Shown piece by piece: positions 26,624-40,122 of a stretch of 63,907 bases of DNA. Position numbers and translations under genes: made by a program. The notes beneath the pieces are model-generated. The model was not told where the DNA came from and did no database searches. It saw nothing but the letters and a program-made list of their open reading frames with translations. The stretch comes from Octopus bimaculoides (lineage: Eukaryota): assembly GCF_001194135.2 (NCBI RefSeq), contig NC_068986.1:15992620-16056526 (forward strand), read 5' to 3'. Position 1 is the first letter of the stretch. The number at the start of each line of letters is the position of its first letter.

Positions 26624-26830
26624 TCTATATATCTATGTGTGTGTATGTGCATGTGTATGTGTGAGTGTCTTCTTTGTTTATACTGCTGTGTGTGTATGAG
26701 TATGTGTGTATGTGTGCGTGTGTGTGCGTGTATGTATTTGTAAGAGAGAGATAGAGAGAGATTAAGTGTGTAAGTGTGTAGACACAATCGAATAGCTAGA
26801 CATACTCCATATCTACAAGCTAATCGAAAC
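26621..26830 (+). repeat. 210-bp direct duplication, copy 2
   Basis: Matches 23266-23475 with 5 substitutions. Confidence 0.9.
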
Positions 26831-27634
26831 CTAAAAGAAATCATCGATTCCTATAATGGTATATAATTCACAGTTAGCTAATATATTTACTATATAGCAT
26901 GATTATCAGTTGTTGCTAGAAAACCTCGTATGTTATTAGTAATTCTCTCTTTGAATTTTAGGTGAAAGTGTAAAAGCTTGTTGCCGTAATGGGGTGCATT
27001 AACAGTCTCTAGTTACGTCGTTGTTCCCCTTGTTGTCCATTTACGATGTCGTAATTTGTTAGTACATATTGTTATCGCTGTTATCTCATATTGCTTAGAA
27101 TAATTGTTTGTAGTGTGGAATCGGTAGGATAACATTTGATTTGATACTTTAGCGTATTTCACTTTCGGAGTTCGAATGTGAGCAAGTGTTAGAATTCACG
27201 TTTCATTTACTGTAGCAATTGGAAGACAGCTACTTAACATTGTAGGAAATGTAGTCGATAAATTGACTGTTTCCGCACATTTTTCTTCACACTTGTGACG
27301 GATTTATGTCATAGGTGCCGATACCTATATTCACCATTTATGCAAATTTTGTCAATTAACTGTAATGATGTGTTACTTCTATGGATAGGGACAAATGTCA
27401 AATATGCATATGTGTAGTTCCTATATTTCAGGACGTTATAGAAGAAGAATCGGTTGTATATACATATAAAATATTGGGATGTCTGACACACTCGTTCGTT
27501 TATTTTCTACTTATATAATTTCTTACTTTTCATCGGCAGATACAACGTGATTATCAGTTATATATTGTCCTTCAATGTGCACAATTTCTGAACAAAGTTT
27601 CGTTAGCTTCTCAATGAGTTGACGCTAGAAATCA

Positions 27635-27922
27635 CCGGTGACGTGTGATAATATCACGAGAGCACTCTATCTGCTGAGCCAATTCCTAAGCAGAATGATG
27701 TGGATTCTTATGGAAAAGCTTGTTCTGGTTCTGTCGATCTCCGTTGAACAAAATTGGTTGGCTGGAACGCGGAAAGACTGTCAAGTCGAATTTCCCCGCT
27801 TGAGGTGAAAAACTATCTTTTGGGCCAGTTCTCTTTGTAATAGCGCCTTCTCCATACATTTAGTTGAATGACAATGAAGGCAAGTGTCTAAAATGCTCAT
27901 TTTTTTTCTCGTTGGCATTCAT
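27635..27922 (-). mobile_element. Mariner transposase N-terminal relic (third family)
   Basis: MNANEKKNEHFRHL...MYGEGAITKRT...GKFDLTVFPRSSQPILFN...HKNPHHSA*ELAQQIECS matches the mariner YG..A...RT / G.FDL.D.PRSGRP / RELA pattern. Confidence 0.75.
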
Positions 27923-28435
27923 CATCATATGACTGAAAAAACACGTAAAATTTATTCAGATATAAACAAGAAAGAGAATTTGTAGAGGAAGTACAGAGCG
28001 AAGCAACCCATAAAACAGTACGATAAATGTTTTCATGCTAATTCAAGCAGGAAGAAAACATAAACGAACGACTTAATCTGACAACACCTTACTTTCAACA
28101 GATTGTCTACGTACTAGAGGGCGTCAAACATTATCTGCACTTTTGCTGAATCTTTCTTTTGATTGGCTAAGAGCTGGTACTGTTGTGATTACGCAGCCGA
28201 TGTCTGGCCTTGATTGTTCCAGTTTGCTTTTTTTCAGTTTCAGAGTAAATATGGCCGCAGTGCTGGCTTTGAGCACCAAACAAAAGCAAAAATCTGTGAT
28301 CCAATTTTGCATGCGTTAAAAGCTCTTCTCTACGTTCCAAATGAGGTGTAGTTGTTATACTAAGTAATGATGATTTTAGCTCCTTGATAGCTTAGATAGA
28401 GAGTTAATTAGCAATATTCCAGCCGTGCCCATATT

Positions 28436-28930
28436 CTTTGGTATGAGCATGTGCCAAGTAAAGTTATGCAGTAAGATGGAAAAGTAACAACACTCTTGGA
28501 CTATGATTTTCAAACAAATCGTGTAATCGAACAGCGTCGACCTGATATTGTCATATTGAATAAGAGAGACAAATACTGTCAGATCATTGATGTAGCCATA
28601 CCAAATGACATGAATGTTGTAAGTAAAGAGGTTGAAAAAATCACCAAGTACTCCGAATTTGAAGTGGAAGTAGCAAGACTGTATGGAATGCGAATGGATA
28701 ATGTAAAAGTGATACCAGTGGGGATCGGAGCGCTGGGCTTAATCCCATTGAAACTTCAAAACTTCTTAAGGCAACTGGAAATCCCATGCAATATTGATGT
28801 CTTGCAAAAAGCAGCCTTATTGGGCACAGCGAACTTCCTAAGGAATTATTATCTGTCTGAGGTCCTTGTTGTGACTTGACAGGTGACTAAAGACTCCGGT
28901 GCATTTTTATCTACAGTGTATTACGAAGGA
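28436..28930 (+). mobile_element. R4/Dong-type non-LTR retrotransposon 3' fragment (restriction-like endonuclease) with (TAA)n tail
   Basis: WYEHVPSKV...DYDFQTNRVIEQRRPDIVILNKRDKYCQIIDVAIPNDMNVVSKEVEKITKY...VIPVGIGALG...LQKAALLGTANFLR shows the PD..D..KE.EK..KY RLE signature. It is followed by a short 3' UTR and (AAT)n from ~28931. Confidence 0.9.
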
Positions 28931-28933
28931 ATG

Positions 28934-29026
<93 letters not shown>

Positions 29027-29027
29027 T
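28931..29027. repeat. (AAT)n tail/target of the R4-type element
   Basis: Direct reading. Confidence 0.95.
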
Positions 29028-30283
29028 TGAAAAAAATAAAACTACTCAACAATAATAATAATAATAAAGTGTGTGTGTGTGCCTTATATTCGGCTGGATA
29101 AAAGAGATGATAGTTATGTGCTGTTGACATTTGTTGCGGTTGAAAAACGTATTTACAGATAGAGGCTTATCTCTAGAAAGAACAGCCTATTTCTTCGAAC
29201 ACGTAATGTTGTTTCAGGAGAATTCTTGACTTCCGTGTTGGAAGTGAGTTGCAAAGACTACTAAGTGTGTATCTGCACATCTTCATATGCTCTCCAACCC
29301 ACTCTTCTGAAGACGTGCATGTTCACTGTTATTTTTGGATCGTATTAATGCAAGAATATATGAATGTGAAACACAAAGCATTTACCAGCAATGCACAAAG
29401 TATATTTGGATTAAAGCCTGTTCATTCCATATTATAACTTCTGTGTGTTTGTGCGGTGGCGTGTGTTTCGTTTTCAACGGCAGAATTCAAGTAGGTTAAG
29501 ATAAGATACGATATAAATATTGGCGATTTAATATTGGAAAAAAATCCCATTGGATGGACTAAAGCAATTTTAGTATTGGAGTTTATCCGATGGATTCTTT
29601 AACACAATATTATCACGCTAGNNNNNNNNNNNNNNNNNNNNNNNNNNNNNNNNNNNNNNNNNNNNNNNNNNNNNNNNNNNNNNNNNNNNNNNNNNNNNNN
29701 NATATATATATATATATATATATATATAACATTATCTAATTCGTGTTCCACCATTAAGAACGAATTGTTTCACGTCTCTCGAAGTTTCTATAGGAACTGT
29801 GTTAATTTGTGTAGGTGCAGTTACGGATGTCTGCTTAAGAAGCTCGCTTTGCAACCATGTGGTTTCGGGTTCGTTTCCAAGGCACGATTCTTTCAGCAAG
29901 TATTTTCTACTATATTCTCGGGCCCTGACTAATTGCCTTGTGATTAAGTTAATTACACAGAAACTGTGTGGAAATCCACCGTAAATATGTGTCTATGTGT
30001 CTATGTGTCTATGAGTGCGTGTGTGTGTATATATGTGCGTTTTGTAGTTGTGTTTACTTGACATCCGGTGTTGCTGTGTTTACGTTCCTTGAACTTACTG
30101 GCTTGGCAGAAAGTCAAATAGAATTATTTTCTGACTTTAAAAAATATATATGTAGGACCTTTAAATCGGTGTCCCAGTATTGGTAGAATTCCAATGAGTG
30201 AAAGGAGTAAAAGAAATGGTAAGTAATAAAAGATTCTCTGAAATAAAACCCTTGTCAGACTTTAAAATATATTATCTAGAAAT

Positions 30284-30430
30284 GAGGCGGCGAGCTGGCC
30301 GAATCGTTAGCAGGCCGGCCAAATTGCTTAGGAAAACGCTTTTTTACATCCCGAGCTCAAATTCCGCTGAGATCGGCTTTGCCATTCATCGTTTCTGGGT
30401 TGATGAAACATGTACCAGTTTTGCACTGGT
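30284..30430 (+). mobile_element. SINE family A, diverged
   Basis: GAGGCGGCGAGCTGGCCGAATCGTTAGC...GAGCTCAAATTCCGCTGAGATCGGCTTTGCCATTCATC. Confidence 0.75.
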
Positions 30431-30541
30431 ATTTATTAAGATTTAACCGCCCTCAACCACCTTGTTGATCTCTGGCAAAATGTTGAATCCAATATATTAC
30501 CTAGAAAGATACGATGATGATGGTGTTGTTCTTGTTGTCGT

Positions 30542-30575
<34 letters not shown>

Positions 30576-31649
30576 AATGTTTACGTCGATGACGATGATA
30601 ATGTTTACGTCGATGACGATGACAACGATGAAACAAAAATTATATCCACATTTGATTCGATCTCCAAACACAGATAAATATAGAAATGGTGACAATACTA
30701 AATAGACAGCCATGTCGATTTTCACCTCTTTCACAACATTATAACATCGGTGAGATAAAAAGAGAAAAATCGACCCCAGCTAGATTATGAACTCCAAATA
30801 AGTACTAAACCGACAAACATGTCATAATAATTCTCATCAGGATTTTCAATGCATCAGTGATAATAATCGCATTGAATGGTATTATATTGATTTATTACAT
30901 TGCTGCAAAATCTCTATGATTTATTTTAGACATGAAGTCTTATGCTATTGAGTCTACGTACGGCTTTATTACGTACAGAAGCGGTGTAAATATCGTGAAA
31001 TAAACTCTAAACTGGAAGAGAAACGACGATGGCGTTTTTACGTCGCATACAATACAAGACATGATTACGAAAAACTGACCTAAAATTATACAAACATATA
31101 TGTATATACAGACAAACACAAGAACACACACATACACAAATACACATACACACACATACACACACACACACACACGTCTGGCGATTGCAAGTGGAAAAAT
31201 AGAAATCAAAATATGGTTAGCACCTAAGTGCTAACGCACAGAACTCTCGTGCAGGCGTATATATGTAAATTGTATATGTATATATAGATATGAATGTATA
31301 TAATGGTGTGTGATGGCTAACCATATTTTCTTTTGTTGTATTTTCCTTTTCTTTTAGATCTTATTTCCATTGTTTTTCACTGATTTTAATCCATTATGTT
31401 CACAGAATGAACATAATGGAAAGTTATAAAAAACAGCTACCATATTAGTTCGAGACATTGTCTATGTTGTTGAAGGTGATCCAGACGGCCGAATTATACT
31501 TTTTTTATGGCTTTTCAGTAAGTTAATCTCCGTTCAGTGCTCGTGAAGGCAGTTTTTCAAATTCTTCTGCGGAATCATTGTGTGAATATATGTTCGTATC
31601 TATTTTGTTTTTACTTCAGATATTTCGGTAATGGGGAAACTGGTTTCTT

Positions 31650-32140
31650 ACAAAGATAAGACCCATAGTTAGTTTTTACTATTCCGCCTACAGTAATGTA
31701 CATGTTAGGTGGTTGACTTCTTTTCCTGAAATCCCTATCTTTTCCAGTTTGTCATTTATTTATCGAGTTAAGTGCATATATTAGTATTGGTATAAGAATT
31801 TATAATCTGAGCATAGAATATGAAGTTTTCGAATCTGTTGTGTATAAATATATTCTTTCTCTCTGATTCTCGGGTATTCACGACTGTGGTTCTGCTGAAC
31901 TCTATGGCGATGAATATTATTTTCTTGCCTTCTTCAAACAATATCCAGCCTGTAATGTTTGCTCTTGATACGAGATTTTATGCTAGTGTTCCACTGTTGT
32001 TCTTGTTGAAATTTTTGTATTTCTTCATTGACAAGGGAATCCTCAATATCTTACCCATGCCAGTTATTTTTGGATGGCATTGCAGGGATTATACATGTTT
32101 AACTGTTTGGCAGTCGATTCGATTTGAGTCCGTGTGGTGA
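31650..32140 (-). mobile_element. Degenerate RLE-type non-LTR retrotransposon 3' region (a more distant family)
   Basis: Minus-strand frame with stops: QWNTSIKSRIKSKHYRLDIV*RRQ...PRIREKEYIYTQQIRKLHILCSDYKFLY...INDKLEK...ITVGGIVKT. This follows the W..KHNRPDIV / KE..Y / G.VK order of RLE C-termini. Confidence 0.6.
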
Positions 32141-32192
32141 AACTAAATCAATTACAGCATGGAACACACATATCTATCTATCTGTCTGCCTA

Positions 32193-32225
<33 letters not shown>

Positions 32226-34435
32226 ATCTCTCTCTCTGTATATATATATATATTACCTCCCCCTATCTAGAACTCTTCTTTCTCAGACTGGAACGAACAC
32301 GACACAATGAAGTAGAGAAATTTGAAAAGACAACACGAAACGGGTTATTTCTCAAAATACAATGTTTATATACCAAAAAGATTTTATAACATTTTTCTAA
32401 CATTTTTCTAACATTTTTCTGACATAATTTAAATATATACTTTAACCATGTGACACAAGCCTTCTGTAGTTTTTTCACTCGTATTATCTTTTATATNNNN
32501 NNNNNNNNNNNNNNNNNNNNNNNNNNNNNNNNNNNNNNNNNNNNNNNNNNNNNNNNNNNNNNNNNNNNNNNNNNNNNNNNNNNNNNNNNNNNNNNNNNNN
32601 NNNNNNNNNNNNNNNNNNNNNNNNNNNNNNNNNNNNNNNNNNNNNNNNNNATATATATATATATATATAATCGGAAAATGGAGAAAACCTCAGATTAACA
32701 AGCACATCGATTGGACCACATTTATAGCTTACTTTTTAATACAGGCATGACAAAGCACACCAGTGCACGGGGATAATATAGGTAACGGATACCCATAATA
32801 TATACAGATATTTTTCCCTTAGTCGGTTATTATAACCACTAACTCTGTTTGCACTATATATAAAATTCAGTTGAATTAGTTACTTAAAATTTAGGTCTGA
32901 GCGACATACATACTCAACAATATTAAATAAATATCAGAATTGGTTCATAAGTGCCAACCATGAGATATTCTTGCAGTGTATGCAAATAAAAAGAGTCAGC
33001 TGAGTGAAGAAATCTGATCTTAGCTATTCAGATATTAAAGTATTGTCTAGAATATTTACGAAGCGTAGATTATTTTCAATATAATTTATTCGTCACCTAT
33101 ATAGTTAATTTCTAAATTTAACTTAATGCTACAATATTAAACCTATGTTAAATCACAATAGTCCTCTTTTCTATTGTGGATCTGACTACCAACCCTAATA
33201 TATTGTATTTTAAAATTTTGTATTATTATTCAAAGTTTCTAATACGGTAATGAATACAAGTAAATTGAGCTTCCTCCAACTCCTTTATCATCCCCTCTCA
33301 TTATCATCCCTTCCCTATCACTAACTCCTTTATTACTACCCTACATCTTGCCCATTCGCGAAGATTAAGCCGACACAGTGTCCAATCACTTTTGATAATT
33401 TAATAGGCTGACCTGACATAAATTGCTGCTTTCACCACTTACCACTGGAAATAAACATCTTCCTTGAGATAAAAGTCTAGACAATCGGAGCCGATCATTC
33501 TTCTGTTGTTAGAAGTTTAGATAACTGGGTCTTTTGTGTCTATTATTTCCTCGCCCTTCTATAAACTCTAATAGCCTCTAAATTCTTTTTTGTTCTAACC
33601 AAATATGTACTATTCTGATAAGTTCATTCTACCAACTGAATTGTAGCAGGATCAATGTAAATATTTTTACTCCGTGAATTTGTTAACTATGTTGAATGAC
33701 TTTATATTACAAGATCATGAATTCATCTGACAAAAGTGGTTTCTTTACAATGATGACATGTTCTCATTGATCTATTAAAGGAGTCGCTGGAATCGACCTT
33801 AATGGACTGGCACCCATACCTGTTTTTTACTCGCACATATATGTAAATATATATATATATATATATATATATAATACAAATAATAAATAAGTATATGCAT
33901 ATATACGTACATGTATGTACATACTTACATCTACCTGTATATATAGATGCATATCTGGGTATATGATATTGTAAACAAAGCGTAGACAAAATGATAAACG
34001 AGTACAGAAAACATACAGGCCACATAAAAACTATCTCCTTCATCAGCTGCCCCCGTTCTAACACAGGCGTTTCGAAGAGTTAGGGCAGGACGCATCGTTA
34101 AAATGGCTCTTCCCACGGACCACACACACACACACATAAACATACATATGCACACGAATGCACACATGCCTAACACTCACAACCCCACATACACACACAT
34201 GCACACATGCACACACCCATTCGTACACGCACATACGCACACACAACTACACGCACATACACATACACACGCCCACACATATGCACGTGAGGAATTACAT
34301 GGTATCATTCTCATGCAATGTCACCGGCGTCATTGAGGTAAGGAAAAAATTATCAACGCGAGCGCCAATTGACACATTTGACACATTATAATTACCATAA
34401 TAGCATAGCCTGCAAAAAAAAAAAAAAAAATATGG

Positions 34436-35319
34436 ATTACATGGAAAAATGCGAGCAAGACAAATAATATTCTTAAGATTATAAACTTGGAAAAGTACAG
34501 TCCAAGTCATTCACTTGAAAAAGTTCAGGACATATTATTACATCTAGTAAAGTTCAGAACATGAAAATATTTACTTAAGATATTACAGCTAAGGATAAAA
34601 TATGAATATTAAAATGTATTTCATTTCAATTTACAAAGTGACATTACAATTAAAAAAGGTATCATGATTTTGTTAAAATATTAACACACTGGAATACTTA
34701 AAAGGTGAGAGCAAGAAGTACGAATATAGCTAAAGTTTTATGCAAATTAGAACAGTGTATATGGTAGGCAAATTCATTATGTAAAAATAGACATTGTTTC
34801 AAGGCTAAAAATATGAATACTTGGCAATGACTTTGGCAATAACTCAAGTTAATGTTACTGTGAATTTGCTGTTATAGGTAGATTTTACTGTAATATATAA
34901 CTAATTTTTGTATTATTCGATTTATTGTACTATGTACTACTTTTATCTTTTATAACCAATTTTTAAATTTCTAATTATTAATTAATAATTTTAAAAAATG
35001 AATCTTTTAAAGTTCAAAATATATTTTAATGGAATGTTTTTAAATTGTTAATAGAACTAACGAGAGATAATACATAGGAGCATTAAGTTGTAATAATATT
35101 TCTAGTTTTAATAACAATTAACATTTTCTAAATCTATATATATTTTTTGAAATTTTATACTTAGCTGCAATATTTTAAGTAAAAATTTTCTTGTTCTGTA
35201 CTTTACCAGATGTAATAACATGTCCTGAACTTTTCCAACTGTAACATCATACCTCAGTACTTTTCCAAATTTATAATCTTAAGAATATTATTTTAATTGC
35301 TCGCAATTTGCCATGTAAT
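34436..35319. repeat. Foldback/MITE-like element with ~165-bp inverted arms
   Basis: 34436-34600 is the reverse complement of 35153-35319 at roughly 80% identity (for example AAATAATATTCTTAAGATTATAAA and AAAAGTTCAGGACAT.TTATTACATCT.GTAAAGT). The spacer is AT-rich and non-coding. Confidence 0.75.
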
Positions 35320-35723
35320 TTATGTATGTATATGAATTTGTTTTCGTAATTCTAAACTAAGTCGCAATATTTGAAGATTTTGTTTTAAAGACACATAAAA
35401 CGGTCATATATACATACATATATTTATGCGTGTGTGTATGTGTGTGCGCATGTGTGTCTGTATGTGGTGGTGTGTGCGCGTATTTTTTATATCTATGAAC
35501 ATACACATATGTATATATACACATATGGATGTATATATATATATAGAGAGAGAGAGAGAGGGAGAGGGGGAGAAAGAGACAGTGACAGAGGGAGAGTCAG
35601 AAACAATTAAGTATATATAGATATAAATACAAGGATACACATATCTGTTTATAAATATATGTATGTATCTATTTGTCTCTCTTCCCCCCTCTCTCTCTCT
35701 CTCCCTCTCTCTCTGTCTCTGTT

Positions 35724-35806
<83 letters not shown>

Positions 35807-37459
35807 GTACAAACACACACATATATGCAGATACACATTTTACTTATAAACTGCATATACAATTCTATATTTGTTTTCGCTATGAACTACATCATCATCA
35901 TCGTCGTCATCGTCGTAATTACGTCAGTATATCTGCCAGATGATTGACGCGTTTGACCTGTTTTAGTCAATGGATGTCATACACATTTCAATTCGCATCT
36001 TCTCCTTGGAATGTATTTTTGATGTGTTTGATTGTGAATGTAGGATGGACACCGTAAACACACGAAGTGCTGTCAAATTACCTATTTTCGTACTTTGCCT
36101 AAAATTATTCTATAGGAAATTTCCTCACAACCGATGTCATTCACAAATTTTTGTATTTATTATATTTATATTTCTTTGTCTATTCACCTATTTTCGTTTA
36201 TTTTATCTTAGTTTATTTTATAATATTGTTTCTGTTATTTCTTTATTCTTTCCTTCTTATTATTATTTTCTTTTCTGTTAGCTTTTATATTATTGTTCAT
36301 TTTTCCTTCTTTCTATGTTTTCAATCAGAAATATTTTCGATTGCTTAAAATCAACTCCTGCGAACATACTGAGAAAATAGTACTGCATGCAAATGATGTG
36401 ATTTTCATCTTTCATTATCGTAGCTCTATTGTATTTATGGACGCCATCTTTGTAAGTGAAATTGGTTCAGAAAGTTAACTCTCAATTGGACGGTAAATCG
36501 ACTCGATATACATATAGAATGTATGCTTGGTAGGATAGATTTTGAATTCACATTGATAGTAAGCTCCGAGCAAATACAGATGACCACAAAAGAAGGAACG
36601 TTCTTTTATTGAAACAATGACAATCACTCACACAAATAAACAAACTCGACACAAACGATAGAACGAATAAAAATCATTTATGTTAATAAATGGTTTTATG
36701 AATTAAGTTGATCTATCAGTCTGCTTAAATGATTGCATTCAGATACAATCTCGAATAATTTTGCGCTATACCAAACAAAGAGGTTTATATACAATGGTGA
36801 TATCTTCGTAAAAACTCTTCGTAAATCCGTACTGTTTTCGCTCAATTTATGCAATAAATCACGCAATTTATGGAATTTCTAACTCATAACAGATTTTAGT
36901 AATGACAGTGATCAGATGATTATAAATGTCTAGATCTGATAATTGTAAAAGTTTGCACAGTTAGTAAGAATTAACGGTTCATTGGCTATCCCTATTACTG
37001 AAACCTGTCCTCGTTTTTGCCCGCTAATGTCTGAACGAATCTACTGAATGAGCCGCTTAGCTGTGAATTAGTATGAGTAGGTGTATTGTACGGCTTTAAT
37101 GCTACTTCATATACTAACATAACACATGTTCTCATTTCCATTGTAACCGTCGATATTTTTCTACATCGTGAATTTATATTACCTTCTTTTATTTACAGTG
37201 CTATGCATTCTATACATTATCGATAAACTGTCAGTAAACTGTGCCAACGATACAGTTTCAATTCGCAGACGATCTTGCTCAGTATACTTGCCGCCTTTTT
37301 AACATTCTCGCGTTTCTAACCAAAGAAGCTGGCAGATACTCCAGTGGGTACAATACACAGTAATTTTCTATCTTTTGAAGAACGCGAGCTTGTAGACTTG
37401 TTACCACAGCGGACAAAATATTTAGTGGTTTTGTTTCCCGGGCCTTTATGTCCTGTGTT

Positions 37460-37600
37460 CCTATGTCTCTGAGGCTGAATTTTACTTTTCATCATTTCTG
37501 GGTCGATAAAATAAGTATAATTTGAACACTGGTGTCGATGCAATCAACTCCCCCTCCCTATCCAAATTGCTGGCCTTGTGCTAAAATTAGAAACAACATT
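37460..37600 (+). mobile_element. SINE family A 3' half, diverged
   Basis: TTTTCATCATTTCTGGGTCGATAAAATAAGTA...CCCCCTCCC..CCAAATTGCTGGCCTTGTGC. Confidence 0.65.
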
Positions 37601-40082
37601 AATCTTTCCTTGGCAATACCCCACTGTGAAATGAATATACTTCTTAATCATTGAATCCATGCAACTCTAATTATTTCACCGTTGTTCTTATCGACAGAAT
37701 TAATTAGTGATTAGTTGCACGTTCAAAAAGCTTCAATTCACGTACATGCAGATGAAGGTTATGTGCTTTGTAAATTCTCGCTACCAATAATCGAAAGAAG
37801 AAGCATCTTCATAGAAACGACATACGCATCTGCCACAAATCCAGGCATTTCCAACTTAAATTTTAAAATAGGCACAGGAAGCAACGCAATTCTCTTTGGA
37901 ATACAGAAGGTTGTATACACACGCTTCTGAAAATCCACTGATCCCTTCGCTCATAGTTCAAATAGAGCGGAGGTTACTTGGAGCGAAACAGCAACATCAA
38001 ACATGGCCACTACATCGGGAATGCTATAGAATACATGCGTGTGTGTATGTAATCATTTCTATTTGATATTCGCTATTTTCAAACATTTTTTCAACAAAAC
38101 AAGTTATTTACAAAGTATTATTAGCGTCTCTGTTTTTCCTGTTCTCGTTGATTCTGTTCAATAAATCTTAAACATGAACAGATCAACCAATCCACGATCA
38201 GACGCTTTCCATTCTAAACATTTAAAATGTCAATTTTATTGAACTAGCACAATATTACATAATGTATACCTCCAGTTTAACATCTGTGAGGTATAATTTG
38301 AGTGAGGTTTAGCCGTTCTTACTAATACAGCTAGTGTCTGTCTAGAAGCACCCTCGTTGACTCAGCAGACTGGAAAATTTTCTTAATGTGGCGAAGCTTT
38401 ATTCTGCTCCATATTTATAGATCTGTTTTATATTTTTGATATTACATAATCATAATATAAATTTTTATCTCATGTTCATTTGACTATTCTCCTTACACTC
38501 GCTTTTCTTAACTCTCTGACTTTTTATTTCCAAGGCAAACATGTTCAAATTTATTGGTTGTAGAATTTTATTTCATCTTTTTGTATTTTTTTCTTCTCTG
38601 TAGCGTGACTTTAAACTTGTAGCGTCTTTTATTAATATAATTCTTAACTCAGTTTGATCAAGTACAACGATGTGTACATCGTTTTTGTTTATTGCATTTT
38701 TACACTTCTATGTTTGTTAATGTTACGGTCGTTTGTCTTATGTTCTACTCAACAACGATACCAAGACTTAAGAGAAATCATGGAGGTCAAATAATTCAAT
38801 AATAAATGGTTCTGCCAGTTGTAACCATAAACCAACTAACAAATTAAATTCACAAGACGATATAAGCGTTAACAGAAGCAATTTGCCCTGAAAACCACTG
38901 TGGCGATGTTTCCAGAAAATATACCCTTTCTATTCACATAAAAAATAAAGTTTTGTTTTCTGCAATGCATTGTTTATCGTTGGAAAACAACTCATAAAAA
39001 AAAGAACAAGACAATTCAAGTAGTAGATTGTCGTTGTTGGCTGGCATGCTCTGTTGAATCATACGAGATTGGTGTGACAGTTTAAACATATTGCACTTTC
39101 TGCTGTCCAGTTTATCTGCGTACGTAATTAGTTTCAGTTGGTGACCACAGAGAAGGTATGAAAGTTGGAGTCAGTCAGGGTGGAACAGATCGTCTTCCTT
39201 TGCACGTATTTTTGGTGTTTCGCATCCTTGAACAGTGTATGCTACTGCTCATAGTATTGAAGTTGCTGCTATGCCTGTGTGTTTCTTACGCTTCTCTGGG
39301 CTAGCCATGAGGGAAGAATGTTGTACTATATATATCTGGACGTATATACATGCGTATAGAGCATTACAAGACAACAAACAGCGATTCCCCTTCACTTCCA
39401 TGTGAACTAAATGCATTATGTTTTTGTAGAATTTTCTTTCGTTGCTTTTACTTTATCTGGGTATTGTTTGTGTACATCTTGCTGTGAGTTACCATCCGCT
39501 AGCTTGTATTAACTGAAGTTCATTGCGGCTTGTTGAAAAGATATAATTTGCCTAATTATGATGCATGATGATCGTAATTTGCTATTTCTTTTTGTTGGCC
39601 AAACGTGACATATGATTACTTTCATTACGGTTGTAAGATGTTTCCTTTTCTTTTCTTTAAAAGATTTTGTTGCTATTGCAGACGTATTATAGGTTACTCT
39701 TATGATGATTGTTTTCTGTGGATATCGTATGTGTTATGGTGTTTAATATATATATAGTTGATGTTCGCTGGTGTTTACATCGAAGTTGCATTGCCTAGTT
39801 GTTAGATTGATGTACTCACGATAACAAGGACATGGTTTCTATCTCGGAACAGCTTGGTATGTTGTGCTCTTCAAAAAAAAAAAAATAAAAATAAAAAAAT
39901 AAAACACTTCACTTCATTTTGCTCCAGGTAGCTTTGCTGGAAATGAGTAACCCTGTGACAGACTGATTTTCTATTCAGAAAGTTCTGATCCGTACACTTA
40001 TTCGCCATGGAAACCGGGTAATTAATGCTATGAGTCCCAAAACTAAACAGCTGTGTCCAGGGGTTGCTGCCGTCGTTGTTCT

Positions 40083-40122
<40 letters not shown>

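Noticed and set aside
30570-30617. 2 x 24-bp tandem repeat; also 3 x 11 bp near 32390 and a 40-bp period repeat at 19854-19918
   Set aside because: These are ordinary slippage duplications. There are no unique spacers or repeat counts consistent with CRISPR.
39128-39160. TTTCAG|TTGGTGACCACAGAGAAG|GTATGA as an 18-nt micro-exon
   Set aside because: It is too short to distinguish from chance without RNA data.
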